From Eubacteriales bacterium (GTDB lineage: Bacteria > Bacillota > Clostridia > Oscillospirales > CAG-272), in assembly GCA_045658965.1 (NCBI GenBank), contig JAZOVZ010000050.1, forward strand, positions 1,824 to 65,823: a DNA stretch of 64,000 nucleotides. Reading direction: 5' to 3'. The position numbers and the translations under genes were made by a program. Shown one piece after another: positions 47,584 through 57,365 of the stretch. The notes beneath the pieces are model-generated. The model worked only from the letters and a program-made list of their open reading frames with translations. It was not told the origin of the DNA and made no database searches. Every line of letters starts with the position of its first letter. Positions within the stretch are counted from its first letter, which is position 1.

Positions 47584-49014
47584 ATGAAGATCAAGCTTGG
47601 CATGCAACCCATGACCCTGGCACAAGCGGCTGCATATTGCGGCGGTGAGCTTTACGATTTTACCGGATGTGCAAGCGTGGAATTTTCATATATCTGCACC
47701 GACTCCAGAGAAGCGGATAAGAATACCTTGTTCGTTGCCATTCGCGGGGAGCGCGTGGACGGACACGACTATATCGGGCAAGCCATCAATGCAGGCTGCA
47801 GATGCTTTTTGTGCGAATACGTGCCGCAGGACATCTGCGCCAAGCACGTAGGTGCTGCCGTGGTGGAGGACAGCGTGGCTGCCTTCTGCCAGCTTGCCAA
47901 AAGCTACAGAATTGAAAAATTCGGTCAAAGAGATCCCATGAGAACCATTGCCATCACGGGCAGCGTGGGCAAGACCACCACCAAGGAAATGGTAGCGTCG
48001 GTATTGCGGCAGGAGCTCAATCTGTACGCTGCTGCAGGCAATTTCAACAGCGAGATCGGCATGCCCATGTCGCTGATGTCGGCAGGTGCGCACCATCGCG
48101 CCGCCGTATTGGAGATGGGCATGAGCGCACGCGGTGAGATCTCGCGCATGAGTAGGACCGCACGTCCCACCGTGGCTATGATCACCAACGTGGGCAGCTC
48201 GCACCTTGAGTACCTTGGCACGCGCGAGAATATCGCGGCTGCAAAGCTGGAGGTCGCGGATGGCTTGCGCACGGGCGGATTTTTACTGCTCAATGCCGAC
48301 GAGCCGCTGCTTGCGGGTCGTAAGGCGCACGGCAGACACACGGTCTATCTCGGTATTGACAACCCCGCAGCGGATTGCCGCGCGGAAAATATCCGCTATA
48401 CCGAGGACGGATGCTCGCTGTTTGATATCCGCTACGGTGAGCACGTCTGGCATGACATAAAAGTCCCCGCACTTGGCAAGCATATGGTCATGGCGGCAAT
48501 GTACGCCTCAGTGACGGGCAAGATCTTCGGTTTGCCCGAAAGCAGCATCAGGGCAGGCATCATGGCGTATAAGACCATGGCGATGCGTCAGCAGATCGAG
48601 CAGGTCGGCGGCGTGACGCTGCTTTGCGATTGCTATAACGCAAGCCCCGAGTCGGTGCGTGCTGCGCTGCACGCGCTGTCCGAAATGCCCGTCAAGGGGC
48701 GCAGGATCGCGGTGCTTGGCGATATGCTGGAGCTTGGCACGCAGACCGAGCAGCTGCACTACGCAACCGGTGCGCACGCAGCAGGCGTGCTGGATATTCT
48801 GGTCACGGTGGGTGATCTTGGCGCACACGTGGCAAAGGGTGCGCAGGAGAACGGCTGCCAAGTCTACGCCTTTACGGGTGAGGACGCAAAAGCTCAGGCT
48901 GCAGAGAAGATATGCTCGCTGCTCTCTAAGGGCGATGCGCTGCTGCTCAAGGCAAGCAGAGGCGTGCGTCTTGAAGAGGTTTACAACGTCGTAAAACAAC
49001 ATTTGAGTGAATAA
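47584..49014 (+). CDS. murF: UDP-N-acetylmuramoyl-tripeptide--D-alanyl-D-alanine ligase
   Basis: ATG 47584 follows the SD aaaaggagag. The translation has ..DSREADKNTLFVAIRGERVDGHDY.. and GSVGKTTT. Confidence 0.92.
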   Translation: MKIKLGMQPMTLAQAAAYCGGELYDFTGCASVEFSYICTDSREADKNTLFVAIRGERVDGHDYIGQAINAGCRCFLCEYVPQDICAKHVGAAVVEDSVAAFCQLAKSYRIEKFGQRDPMRTIAITGSVGKTTTKEMVASVLRQELNLYAAAGNFNSEIGMPMSLMSAGAHHRAAVLEMGMSARGEISRMSRTARPTVAMITNVGSSHLEYLGTRENIAAAKLEVADGLRTGGFLLLNADEPLLAGRKAHGRHTVYLGIDNPAADCRAENIRYTEDGCSLFDIRYGEHVWHDIKVPALGKHMVMAAMYASVTGKIFGLPESSIRAGIMAYKTMAMRQQIEQVGGVTLLCDCYNASPESVRAALHALSEMPVKGRRIAVLGDMLELGTQTEQLHYATGAHAAGVLDILVTVGDLGAHVAKGAQENGCQVYAFTGEDAKAQAAEKICSLLSKGDALLLKASRGVRLEEVYNVVKQHLSE

Positions 49015-49028
49015 AAGAGGATAGGAAA

Positions 49029-50069
49029 ATGCTTTTACAATATTTCGGTTTACACTTAGATACAAAGGAAGCCATTGCTACCGAGGCGTTGCTGGTGGCG
49101 TTTGCAGTATTTTGTCTTGCAACGCTGACGCTGTATTTTCTCATCCCCGTGTTGCGTGCCAAAAAGATCGGACAGACCATTTATGAGTTTGGTCCCGTTT
49201 GGCACATGGATAAGCAGGGCGTGCCCACCATGGGCGGTATCGGATTTATCCCGCCGTTCTTGCTGGTGCTGGCAGTATTTTCGGTGCTGCTTCTGATCAA
49301 GGCAGGTGCTGCGTCCTCGTCCGCGCTCATCCCGTTTGCGCTGACGCTGATGCTGGCAGTTGCCAATGCGGCAATCGGCTTTGTGGACGATTACTGCAAG
49401 CTGCTCAAAAAGCAGAATCAAGGCTTGACCGCATGGCAAAAGCTGCTTTTGCAGCTGGTATTTGCGGCAGCTTACGTTGCCATGATGGCAATCACGGGCA
49501 ACTTGCACACCGATCTGACCGTGCCCTTTACGCATTTTACCATTCAGCTTGGCTGGCTGGCATATCCCGCATATATCATTGTGATCGCAGGCTTTGTCAA
49601 CGCAACCAACCTGACCGACGGTCTGGACGGTCTGGCTTCCGGCATTACCGCTGTCGTATCGCTGTTTCTGACCGTGATGGCGGTCGTGACCGCGCAGGGC
49701 GGCATGGGTGCGATCTCTGCGGCACTGTTTGGCGCGGTTTGCGCATTCTTTCTGTTCAACCATCATCCCGCACGCGTATTTATGGGTGACACAGGCTCGC
49801 TCTTTATCGGCGGTGTGCTGATGGGCTGCGCGTTCATGGCACATATGGAGGTGCTTGTCATCATTGCGGGCTTTGTTTACGTGGCGGAAATGCTCTCGAG
49901 CCTGCTTCAGATCGTGTATTTCAAGCTCACGCACGGCAAAAGACTGTTCAAGATGGCACCCTTGCACCATCACTTTGAAAAGTGCGGCTGGAAGGAAGTG
50001 CCGATTGTGATTTTGTTCAGTGCAGTTACCGCACTTTTGTGCGTGATCGCGTATTTTGCAACCAAGTAA
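49029..50069 (+). CDS. mraY: phospho-N-acetylmuramoyl-pentapeptide transferase
   Basis: The product is polytopic and has ..NATNLTDGLDGLA.. and ..MGDTGSL... Confidence 0.95.
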   Translation: MLLQYFGLHLDTKEAIATEALLVAFAVFCLATLTLYFLIPVLRAKKIGQTIYEFGPVWHMDKQGVPTMGGIGFIPPFLLVLAVFSVLLLIKAGAASSSALIPFALTLMLAVANAAIGFVDDYCKLLKKQNQGLTAWQKLLLQLVFAAAYVAMMAITGNLHTDLTVPFTHFTIQLGWLAYPAYIIVIAGFVNATNLTDGLDGLASGITAVVSLFLTVMAVVTAQGGMGAISAALFGAVCAFFLFNHHPARVFMGDTGSLFIGGVLMGCAFMAHMEVLVIIAGFVYVAEMLSSLLQIVYFKLTHGKRLFKMAPLHHHFEKCGWKEVPIVILFSAVTALLCVIAYFATK

Positions 50070-50102
50070 TTGATTTTTTGATTTTCCAAAGGAGGTGAGG
50101 TC

Positions 50103-51389
50103 GTGAAAAAGCATAAGGTGTATTGGGAACGCTTCAAACGCGCTTTGCGTGTCAAGGGCGGGGAAGTGACCGATCTTGTAAACCAAAAGCAGGACGCAAT
50201 ATTAGAGCCCGACGACCCCATCTATCATAAAAAGATCCATCCCGATCCCGAGCCCGAAAAGGGCATTCTGACGCGCGGCGGCATTGACGTGTGGTTTTTC
50301 TTGATCGTACTGGGACTTGTTTTGTACGGTGTGATCATGGCGTACAGCGCAAGCTCGATCTACGCGGCGCAGTACCACGACGACTCCACCTACTTTATTA
50401 AAAAGCATTTGATGTATCTGGCAATCGCCATGGTGGGCACGGTGCCGTTCGTACTCATGGCGCGCCCCTGGTTCTGGAAGTTTTTTGCCATTTGTGCATA
50501 CGGCGGTTCGGTCGTACTGCTGTTGGCGGTGTTGGTCATGGGTACGGTATTCGGCGGTGCAAACCGTTGGATCGCCATCGGCCCTATCACGATTCAGCCC
50601 TCCGAGATCGCAAAAATGGCACTGATCATGTTCTTGGCACTCTTTATGTCCAAGTATCACAAAGAGATCAATACCGTGCAAAAATTCGGCGGACACTTTA
50701 CATACGGTGTCATCGGTCCCGTAGTCATCATCGGCATCATCTGCGGACTGGTCATGCTGGAAAAGCACCTTTCGGGTCTGATCATCCTGGGCATCTTGGG
50801 TATCGTCGTCATGTACCTTGGCGGTACTAAGCTCAAATGGTTTGCTTTTATAGGCATTGCGGGTGTCAGCGTGGTCAGCGGTGTACTGCTGTTTTCCGAT
50901 TATGCACGTAAGAGAATCGATACCTGGATCAACATTGACAAGGTAGACCCGCTGGGCGAGGCTTGGCAAACGCTGCAGGGCCTTTACGCCATTGGTTCGG
51001 GCGGATTTTTCGGCAGAGGTCTTGGTAACAGCCAACAGAAATACGGCTACGTTTCACAGCCGCAGAACGACTTTATCTTTACCATTCTCTGCGAGGAGCT
51101 TGGTATGCTGGGCGTGATCATTCTGATGGGTCTTGTGGTGCTGCTTTTGTGGCGTGGCTACAAGATCGCTGCAAATGCTCCCGACAGATTTTGTGCGCTG
51201 ACCGTGTACGGACTTACCACCAAGGTCGCGCTGCAGACCATTCTCAATATTGCGGTTGTCACCAATTCCATGCCCAATACGGGTATTTCGCTGCCCTTCT
51301 TCTCGTCGGGCGGTACTGCGCTTGCCCTGCAGATTTTTGAAATGGGCATTATTCTGTCGATTTCGCGTTACTCTTATCAAAAAAAGTAA
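50103..51389 (+). CDS. ftsW: SEDS-family peptidoglycan glycosyltransferase FtsW/SpoVE
   Basis: The gene has a GTG start after the SD aaaggaggtg. The translation has ..RWIAIGPITIQPSEIAK.. and ..PNTGISLPFFSSGGT... Confidence 0.92.
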   Translation: MKKHKVYWERFKRALRVKGGEVTDLVNQKQDAILEPDDPIYHKKIHPDPEPEKGILTRGGIDVWFFLIVLGLVLYGVIMAYSASSIYAAQYHDDSTYFIKKHLMYLAIAMVGTVPFVLMARPWFWKFFAICAYGGSVVLLLAVLVMGTVFGGANRWIAIGPITIQPSEIAKMALIMFLALFMSKYHKEINTVQKFGGHFTYGVIGPVVIIGIICGLVMLEKHLSGLIILGILGIVVMYLGGTKLKWFAFIGIAGVSVVSGVLLFSDYARKRIDTWINIDKVDPLGEAWQTLQGLYAIGSGGFFGRGLGNSQQKYGYVSQPQNDFIFTILCEELGMLGVIILMGLVVLLLWRGYKIAANAPDRFCALTVYGLTTKVALQTILNIAVVTNSMPNTGISLPFFSSGGTALALQIFEMGIILSISRYSYQKK

Positions 51390-51398
51390 GGGGTCAGT

Positions 51399-52538
51399 AT
51401 GAGAATCCTAATGACAGGCGGAGGCACTGCAGGGCACGTAAACCCTGCCATTGCCATTGCTGATACCATCAAAGCAAAATATCCGGACGCGCACGTCGCC
51501 TTTGCCGCATCGACCGAGAGGTCGGATAAGGCAAGGGAGCTTTTGGCGCGCACCGATTATAAAGAGTTTTACAGCATGGATATCTGCGGTATGCGCTCGC
51601 CCATCTTTCATCCGGGAAATCTGCGCACGGCGTACTTAATGGCAAAATCGCAGGGGCAGGCGAAAAAGCTGATCCGTGATTTTGCGCCCGATATCATCAT
51701 CGGTACGGGTGGATATGCCAGCTGGCCGTTGCTTTCCGCTGGTGCACGCATGGGGATCCCCACGCTGGTGCATGAGTCCAATGCGCTTGCGGGCAAGGCG
51801 CTGATGCAGGTGCGCAGCCGCGTGGATCGCATCCTGGTCAATTTCCCCGAGGCGGCGGAATGCTTTGGACAACCCGAAAAGACGCGCGTGGTGGGAAATC
51901 CGCTTTTGCACGGCTTTACCGCATGCGACGAGCGCGCTGCCAAGCGTGCCATCGGTGCAGAGGGCAAATTCAAGCACGTAGTGCTTGCCGTGGGCGGCAG
52001 CCGCGGTGCTATGATGGTCAACAAATATGTTTTTGATATGATCGAAAGCATGGCAAAGAATCACCCCGAGGTGCTGTTCGTGACCGCAACCGGTAAGGAT
52101 TACTTTGCAGAATACAGTGCAAAATACCGCGCCGCAGGCTTGGATACCTTGCCCAACGTGCGCGTATCCGAGTACATTTACGATATGCCCGTGCAAATGG
52201 CAGCGGCGGACGTTGTGATCGCGCGTGCGGGAGCCATGACGCTCTCCGAGCTTGCGCTGATGCGCAAGGCGGCGATCCTGATCCCGTCTCCCAACGTGGC
52301 AAACGATCACCAATATAAGAACGCCAAGGCACTTGGCGACGCGGGGGCTGCCGTATACGCACGCGAAAGTGAATTTGAGGGCGGCGGCTTGCAGATGCGC
52401 GTGGAGATGCTTTTGTGCGATGCGAAAAAGATGGCAGAGATGCGCGAAAGGATCGCGGGATTTGCCCGCGTTGACGCAAACGCTCTGGTGCTTGAGGAGG
52501 TTGAAAAACTGCTTTCCTCCAAGGGGGGCAGAGCATGA
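51399..52538 (+). CDS. murG: undecaprenyldiphospho-muramoylpentapeptide beta-N-acetylglucosaminyltransferase
   Basis: The translation has MRILMTGGGTAGHVNPAIAIA... and ..ARAGAMTLSELA... Confidence 0.95.
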   Translation: MRILMTGGGTAGHVNPAIAIADTIKAKYPDAHVAFAASTERSDKARELLARTDYKEFYSMDICGMRSPIFHPGNLRTAYLMAKSQGQAKKLIRDFAPDIIIGTGGYASWPLLSAGARMGIPTLVHESNALAGKALMQVRSRVDRILVNFPEAAECFGQPEKTRVVGNPLLHGFTACDERAAKRAIGAEGKFKHVVLAVGGSRGAMMVNKYVFDMIESMAKNHPEVLFVTATGKDYFAEYSAKYRAAGLDTLPNVRVSEYIYDMPVQMAAADVVIARAGAMTLSELALMRKAAILIPSPNVANDHQYKNAKALGDAGAAVYARESEFEGGGLQMRVEMLLCDAKKMAEMRERIAGFARVDANALVLEEVEKLLSSKGGRA

Positions 52539-53446
52539 AGGAAAAACTGATTGCATGGCGTGACGCACTCTTGGAAAAAGTGCCGCACAAGAATTATTCT
52601 CCTGCCGAAAAGGCGGCGAGGACCAAGCGCGCGGCTATGATCGGCTGTGTTTTGTGCGCAGCTTTGCTGGTCGTATTGGTCGTATCCCTCTTTCCCATTC
52701 TTGACGTGGAGGTAGAGTCCAACCAATCGCACTATACCGAGGAAGAGCTGCTGCAAGCCTTGGATGCGTCCGGCTGGACGCCCGTGCTGGGACTTTTGCC
52801 CGGTCGTGCCGAGCAGCGGTTGATGGACGGCCTTTTGTACCTGGAGGATGCCAAGGTGACCTACAGCTTTCCCGGTACGTTGCACGTCAGCGTCAAGGAG
52901 CAAACGACGCTGTACTATTTCTATTACGATACCCTGATCGGCGGCAAGCCCCATACGGGTTGGTTGGCGGTCGGTCCCGATCTGCGCGTGGTAGACGCCG
53001 CAAGAGAAGCGGATGCCTTTGTGCATCTTGGCTTGACCAAGCTTGCGCTGCCTGCACCCGTTTTGGATGAGGCTAAGCCCGGGAGAGCCAGCACGCTGCG
53101 CTTTACGCGCGAGGAGGAAACGGGAGAGGGTGCCAAGACCGAGCAGGACTTTGCGTATATTACCGAGTTTCTTGGGTATCTGGAGCAGTCAAGTGTAGCG
53201 GACAGGCTGACGAGTGTGGATCTGCGCGAAAAATTTGACGTGAAGATCACGCTGGACGGCAAGTACCGCTTTGAGTTCGGTCGCGTGCGTGACGAGCGCG
53301 ATTTTGCACAAAAATTAGCCCTTGCCGAGCAGATTCTGGCACAGGGCGGTGTGGATCCCGACGGCAAATACATCGTATCGGTGGGGTCCGAACAGCCTTT
53401 TTTGCGTCCTGCAAACGATGTCGACCTTGATGCGATTGAAAAATAA
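52535..53446 (+). CDS. FtsQ/DivIB-like cell-division protein
   Basis: The start overlaps the murG stop in an ATGA. A single TM helix (IGCVLCAALLVVLVVSLFPIL) is followed by a POTRA-like region. The position before ftsZ fits. Confidence 0.6.
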   Translation: MKEKLIAWRDALLEKVPHKNYSPAEKAARTKRAAMIGCVLCAALLVVLVVSLFPILDVEVESNQSHYTEEELLQALDASGWTPVLGLLPGRAEQRLMDGLLYLEDAKVTYSFPGTLHVSVKEQTTLYYFYYDTLIGGKPHTGWLAVGPDLRVVDAAREADAFVHLGLTKLALPAPVLDEAKPGRASTLRFTREEETGEGAKTEQDFAYITEFLGYLEQSSVADRLTSVDLREKFDVKITLDGKYRFEFGRVRDERDFAQKLALAEQILAQGGVDPDGKYIVSVGSEQPFLRPANDVDLDAIEK

Positions 53447-53530
53447 CGTCGCATGCAGATGTCGCATGACATTTTGTGTCGGAAATTGTGAATTTTTCAT
53501 AAATTTTTGAAATTATTTTCGCGAAACCTC

Positions 53531-53559
53531 TTGAAATATTTTTGAGTTTGTTATATTAT
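53531..53559 (+). promoter_or_regulatory. candidate promoter for ftsZ
   Basis: TTGAAA, a 17-nt spacer, then TATTAT. Confidence 0.5.
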
Positions 53560-53665
53560 ATATGTAAAGCATATCTTGGGCTGATTTTGCCCGTAAGACA
53601 CAAGGTCTTGTGCTTTGGCGTAGAAAAATAAAAAAACAGAGATAAATTTTCGGGAGGATAACAAA

Positions 53666-54769
53666 ATGACTTTTGAACATGATGATACCTACGATTGTGG
53701 CGTGAACATTAAGGTAATCGGTGTCGGCGGCGGCGGAAACAACGCTGTTAACAGAATGATCAGCAGCCACATCCGCGGTGTGGAATTCGTGTCTATCAAC
53801 ACTGACAGACAGGCTCTTCGCAGATCCGAGGCTGCAACGCAGCTGGTAATCGGTGAAAAGCTGACCAAGGGCTTTGGCGCAGGTTCCAACCCCTCTATTG
53901 GCGCACGCGCAGCAGAGGAATCCCTTGACGATATCAAGAAGTTCCTGCAGGGCACCGACATGGTGTTCGTAACCGCAGGTATGGGCGGCGGTACCGGTAC
54001 CGGTGCAGCTCCCGTCGTTGCACGCGTTGCACACGAGATGGATATTCTGACCATTGGTATCGTAACCAAGCCTTTCGCATTTGAGGGCACTCGCAGAGCT
54101 GCACAGGCTGAGGCAGGTATTGCCGAGCTGAGCCAGTACGTAGACTCTCTGATCGTGATCCCCAACGAAAAGCTCAAGCAGGTAACCGACACCAGAATTA
54201 CGCTGGCTAACGCATTCGAGATTGCAGACAACGTACTGCACCGCGGTGTTAAGAGCGTTTCCGATCTGGTTAACGAATCCCTGTTCATCAACCTTGACTT
54301 TGCTGACGTTACCTCCGTTATGAAGGACGCAGGTTATGCACATATGGGTATCGGTTCTGCTACCGGTAAGGATAAGGCAGAGCAGGCAGCTCGCGCTGCT
54401 ATCTCCAGCCCGCTGCTCGAGTCCTCCATCAAGGGCGCACGCGGCGTTCTGATCAGCATTATGGTATCTCCCGACGTTGGTCTGGAGGACGTAGATCTGG
54501 CTTCCACCATGATCGCAAACGAGGCTCATCCCGACGCAAGCGTTATTTGGGGCGTAGGCTTCGATCCCGAACTGGAAGACGAAATGAGAATTACCATCAT
54601 TGCTACCGGCTTCGACAAGAAGGATGACAACCAGAACCCCGGTAAGGTTTCTCTGGCACCTAAGAGCGAGCCCGTTGCAAAGGCAGTTCCCGTACAGGAA
54701 AAGACCGCTGATGCTGACGACGATCTTGACGACATGCTTGCTATGTTCAAGAGAGGCGCAAGAAAGTAA
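53666..54769 (+). CDS. ftsZ: cell division protein FtsZ
   Basis: The translation has ..IKVIGVGGGGNNAVNRM.. and the tubulin signature GGGTGTGAAPV. Confidence 0.97.
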   Translation: MTFEHDDTYDCGVNIKVIGVGGGGNNAVNRMISSHIRGVEFVSINTDRQALRRSEAATQLVIGEKLTKGFGAGSNPSIGARAAEESLDDIKKFLQGTDMVFVTAGMGGGTGTGAAPVVARVAHEMDILTIGIVTKPFAFEGTRRAAQAEAGIAELSQYVDSLIVIPNEKLKQVTDTRITLANAFEIADNVLHRGVKSVSDLVNESLFINLDFADVTSVMKDAGYAHMGIGSATGKDKAEQAARAAISSPLLESSIKGARGVLISIMVSPDVGLEDVDLASTMIANEAHPDASVIWGVGFDPELEDEMRITIIATGFDKKDDNQNPGKVSLAPKSEPVAKAVPVQEKTADADDDLDDMLAMFKRGARK

Positions 54770-54784
54770 TCCACATAGTAAAAA

Positions 54785-54820
54785 ACAAGGACTCCTGCCC
54801 ACGCAGGAGTCCTTGTTTTG
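54785..54820. terminator. bidirectional rho-independent terminator between ftsZ and the SGNH gene
   Basis: A 14-bp stem acaaggactcctgc/gcaggagtccttgt is flanked by aaaa and tttt. Confidence 0.85.
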
Positions 54821-54823
54821 TAT

Positions 54824-55879
54824 TCAGGTAAATATGCGCTCAAAAATGGGCAGCAGTGCTCGGTAAAAGCGGTAAAAGCCGAGGTCGGTGGGGTGGCATC
54901 CGTCCACGGTGCAGCCGTCGCTCTCGTCACCTGCGAAAATGGACGCGCCGTCTACGAAATATACGTTCGTATCTCCCTCGGCAACAGCCTTTTGATAGGT
55001 CTGCATGACGATGGTGCGGCGCGCGCGTTCATCGGGTGTGTCGTGGTAGTCGGGCTTGGAAAGCATGACGTAGGGGACGTGCGGATGCGCGGCACGAATG
55101 GCGCGGTAAAGCTTTTCGTGCGTAGCGGCAAGGTGCTCGGCTGTGGGGGCGTTATGGTCGTAGTCCGACACGAACACCGACATTTCAAGGCTTGCTAAGT
55201 AGTCGATCATGGTATTCTCGGCACGGCAGTTGCCCGAAAAGCCGAGATTGACGTAATCCATATCCAGCGCGCGGGAGAGAAAATTCTGGTAGCACGTACC
55301 GGGTCTGGACGCACATCCGCCCTGCGTGATCGACGAGCCGTAAAATACTGCGGGCAGGGCATTGGCATAAGGCTGCGGTGCTTGCCAGAGGCTGCCCTCC
55401 TTGACACCGATCAGCAGCCTTGATACGTTATTGTAAAGGGGAAAATTCAAAACGTATTCCTGCATGCCTTCGCCCACGTATGCGATCGATTCATAACCGT
55501 TTTCGCAGCTGACAGGCAGCATCAGAGAGGCAACGTAGCTCTGCTTGCGGTGCGCACCGGACACGCGGTAAAGATCAAAGCCGCTGATCCCGAGAAACGG
55601 CATGTGCGGCATGCGGCACTGCTCGTTCCACTCGGCGCGGATGGCAATATACGGGGAATTGGTACAAAAGCGGGCGCGAATGCCTGCGGTGTGGGTACAA
55701 AGGACTTGCACGCCCTCGCTGACCGTTTGGGCAACCTCCATGGGCATGCGCGCATAAGGATTGGTACTCGTTGCACCGTAAATCACAAACGGAGGCTGGG
55801 CGGCATCAAACCATACAACGTCATCTCTCTGTATGGCACCGGGTAAGATAAAATTCGGATCAATTTTTGCAATTTCCAT
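54824..55879 (-). CDS. SGNH/GDSL-family hydrolase with N-terminal GxDLY-type domain, no signal peptide
   Basis: Block I is ..FYGSSITQGG.. (catalytic Ser). GFSGN and DGCHPTDLG (the DxxH block) are present. The N-domain has ..GISGFDLYR... Confidence 0.8.
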   Translation of the reverse strand: MEIAKIDPNFILPGAIQRDDVVWFDAAQPPFVIYGATSTNPYARMPMEVAQTVSEGVQVLCTHTAGIRARFCTNSPYIAIRAEWNEQCRMPHMPFLGISGFDLYRVSGAHRKQSYVASLMLPVSCENGYESIAYVGEGMQEYVLNFPLYNNVSRLLIGVKEGSLWQAPQPYANALPAVFYGSSITQGGCASRPGTCYQNFLSRALDMDYVNLGFSGNCRAENTMIDYLASLEMSVFVSDYDHNAPTAEHLAATHEKLYRAIRAAHPHVPYVMLSKPDYHDTPDERARRTIVMQTYQKAVAEGDTNVYFVDGASIFAGDESDGCTVDGCHPTDLGFYRFYRALLPIFERIFT

Positions 55880-55895
55880 ACGGATTTTTCCTCCT

Positions 55896-57365
55896 TTACA
55901 GCATTCTGTCCGTTTGCATCAGTATCTCCCGCTCCGAGAAGGGCAGGTGCTTGCCGCAGATCAGCTGATATTGCTCGTGCCCCTTGCCCGCAAGCACGAC
56001 AGCGTCGCCCTTGCGTGCGTTTTTAACCGCGTAGGCAATCGCCTCGGCTCTGTCGGGAATGCAGACGTATCTGTCGTGGGTAAATGCCGTAGCAATGTCT
56101 GCGATGATCTTGTTCGGGTCTTCGTTTCCGGGGTTATCCGAGGTCAGAATCGAGAGGTCGGCAAGCTCGCTTGCCACAGCTCCCAGCTCACCGCGGCGCA
56201 TCTGCGTGCGGTCGCCTACCGAACCGAACAGGCAGATCAAGCGTTTCGGCTTATAAGCACGCAGGGCTTCCAGCACAGCGCGCAGGGAAGCACCGTTGTG
56301 CGCGTAATCGATGATAAAGGTGGTATCGGGGCGGCTTGCCAAAAATACCGGCTCAAAGCGTCCCTTGACGCGTACGACCGAAAGTGCCGCGATGCTGTCT
56401 GCAAGCGGGATTCCCAGCTTGTCGCACACAGCAAGCGCGCAAAGCGCGTTGTAAACGCTGTAATCGCCCGGGAAGGGAATCGAAACGGGCAGGGCTTGTC
56501 CGTCGGGGGTGTGGCATTCAAATGCCGTACCGGGTACGCGGAAGCAGATCTCGGGGCGAATCTTATTTCCGCGCCAATCACAGCTTTTGCCCATACCAAA
56601 GGTGGTGATGGGAGCGGTGGCATCTGTTGTCATATACGCCGCCTCGGGGGAGTCTGCGTTGACTAAAATATCGCGAATGCCGGGGAACGAGAACAGCATG
56701 CGCTTGCAGGACTTGTATTCCTCCATGTCGGCATGCTCCACGCCGCCGATGTGGTCGGGGTAGAGATTGGTAAATATGCAGTAATCAAATCGGATGCCGT
56801 GCACGCGGTGCAGCTTGAGGGCTTGTGAGGAGACCTCCATGACCACGAATCTGATGCCGCACTCCACCATTTGCGCCATGTATTCGTGCAGATCAAGGCT
56901 TTCGGGCGTGGAGTTTGCCGTGGCGTAGTGTCTGCCGCAAAAATCAATGCCGTTGGTGCCTATGTAAGCCGAGGGAATGCCCAGCTTTTCAAGCACGCCG
57001 TGGATCATGAGCGCGGTGGTGGTCTTGCCCTTGGTGCCCGTGATGCCGATGACGTGCAGCTTGTCCGCGGGACGGTCGTAAATGGTTGCCGCCAGCGTGG
57101 CAAGTGCTACGCGCGTATCGGGCACGGTCAGCACCACGGCGTCCGCGGGCAGATCGATCGGTCGCTGCACCACAAAGATACGTGCGCCCTTATCGTAAGC
57201 GGAGAGTGCGTAGTTGTGTCCGTCGCTGACGTAACCTGCGATGCAGATAAACAGCGAATCGGGTCCTGCCTTGCGCGAGTCGTGGCAGACGTAGGTCACG
57301 TCCGCATCGGGCAAAGCGTGCGGGCAGGTATAATCAAGTTCTTTTACCAAATCGCAAAGCTTCAT
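55896..57365 (-). CDS. second MurE-type Mur ligase (UDP-MurNAc-L-Ala-D-Glu:diamino-acid ligase paralogue) with a non-DAP-type specificity motif
   Basis: ATG 57365 starts MKLCDLVKELDY..HDSRKAGPDSLFICIAGYVSDGHNY... GITGTKGKTTT is present. ..LTSDNPGNEDP stands where DAP-type MurE has DNPR. The first 91 codons of the tracked ORF are an out-of-frame overcall across the upstream gene. Confidence 0.85.
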   Translation of the reverse strand: MKLCDLVKELDYTCPHALPDADVTYVCHDSRKAGPDSLFICIAGYVSDGHNYALSAYDKGARIFVVQRPIDLPADAVVLTVPDTRVALATLAATIYDRPADKLHVIGITGTKGKTTTALMIHGVLEKLGIPSAYIGTNGIDFCGRHYATANSTPESLDLHEYMAQMVECGIRFVVMEVSSQALKLHRVHGIRFDYCIFTNLYPDHIGGVEHADMEEYKSCKRMLFSFPGIRDILVNADSPEAAYMTTDATAPITTFGMGKSCDWRGNKIRPEICFRVPGTAFECHTPDGQALPVSIPFPGDYSVYNALCALAVCDKLGIPLADSIAALSVVRVKGRFEPVFLASRPDTTFIIDYAHNGASLRAVLEALRAYKPKRLICLFGSVGDRTQMRRGELGAVASELADLSILTSDNPGNEDPNKIIADIATAFTHDRYVCIPDRAEAIAYAVKNARKGDAVVLAGKGHEQYQLICGKHLPFSEREILMQTDRML

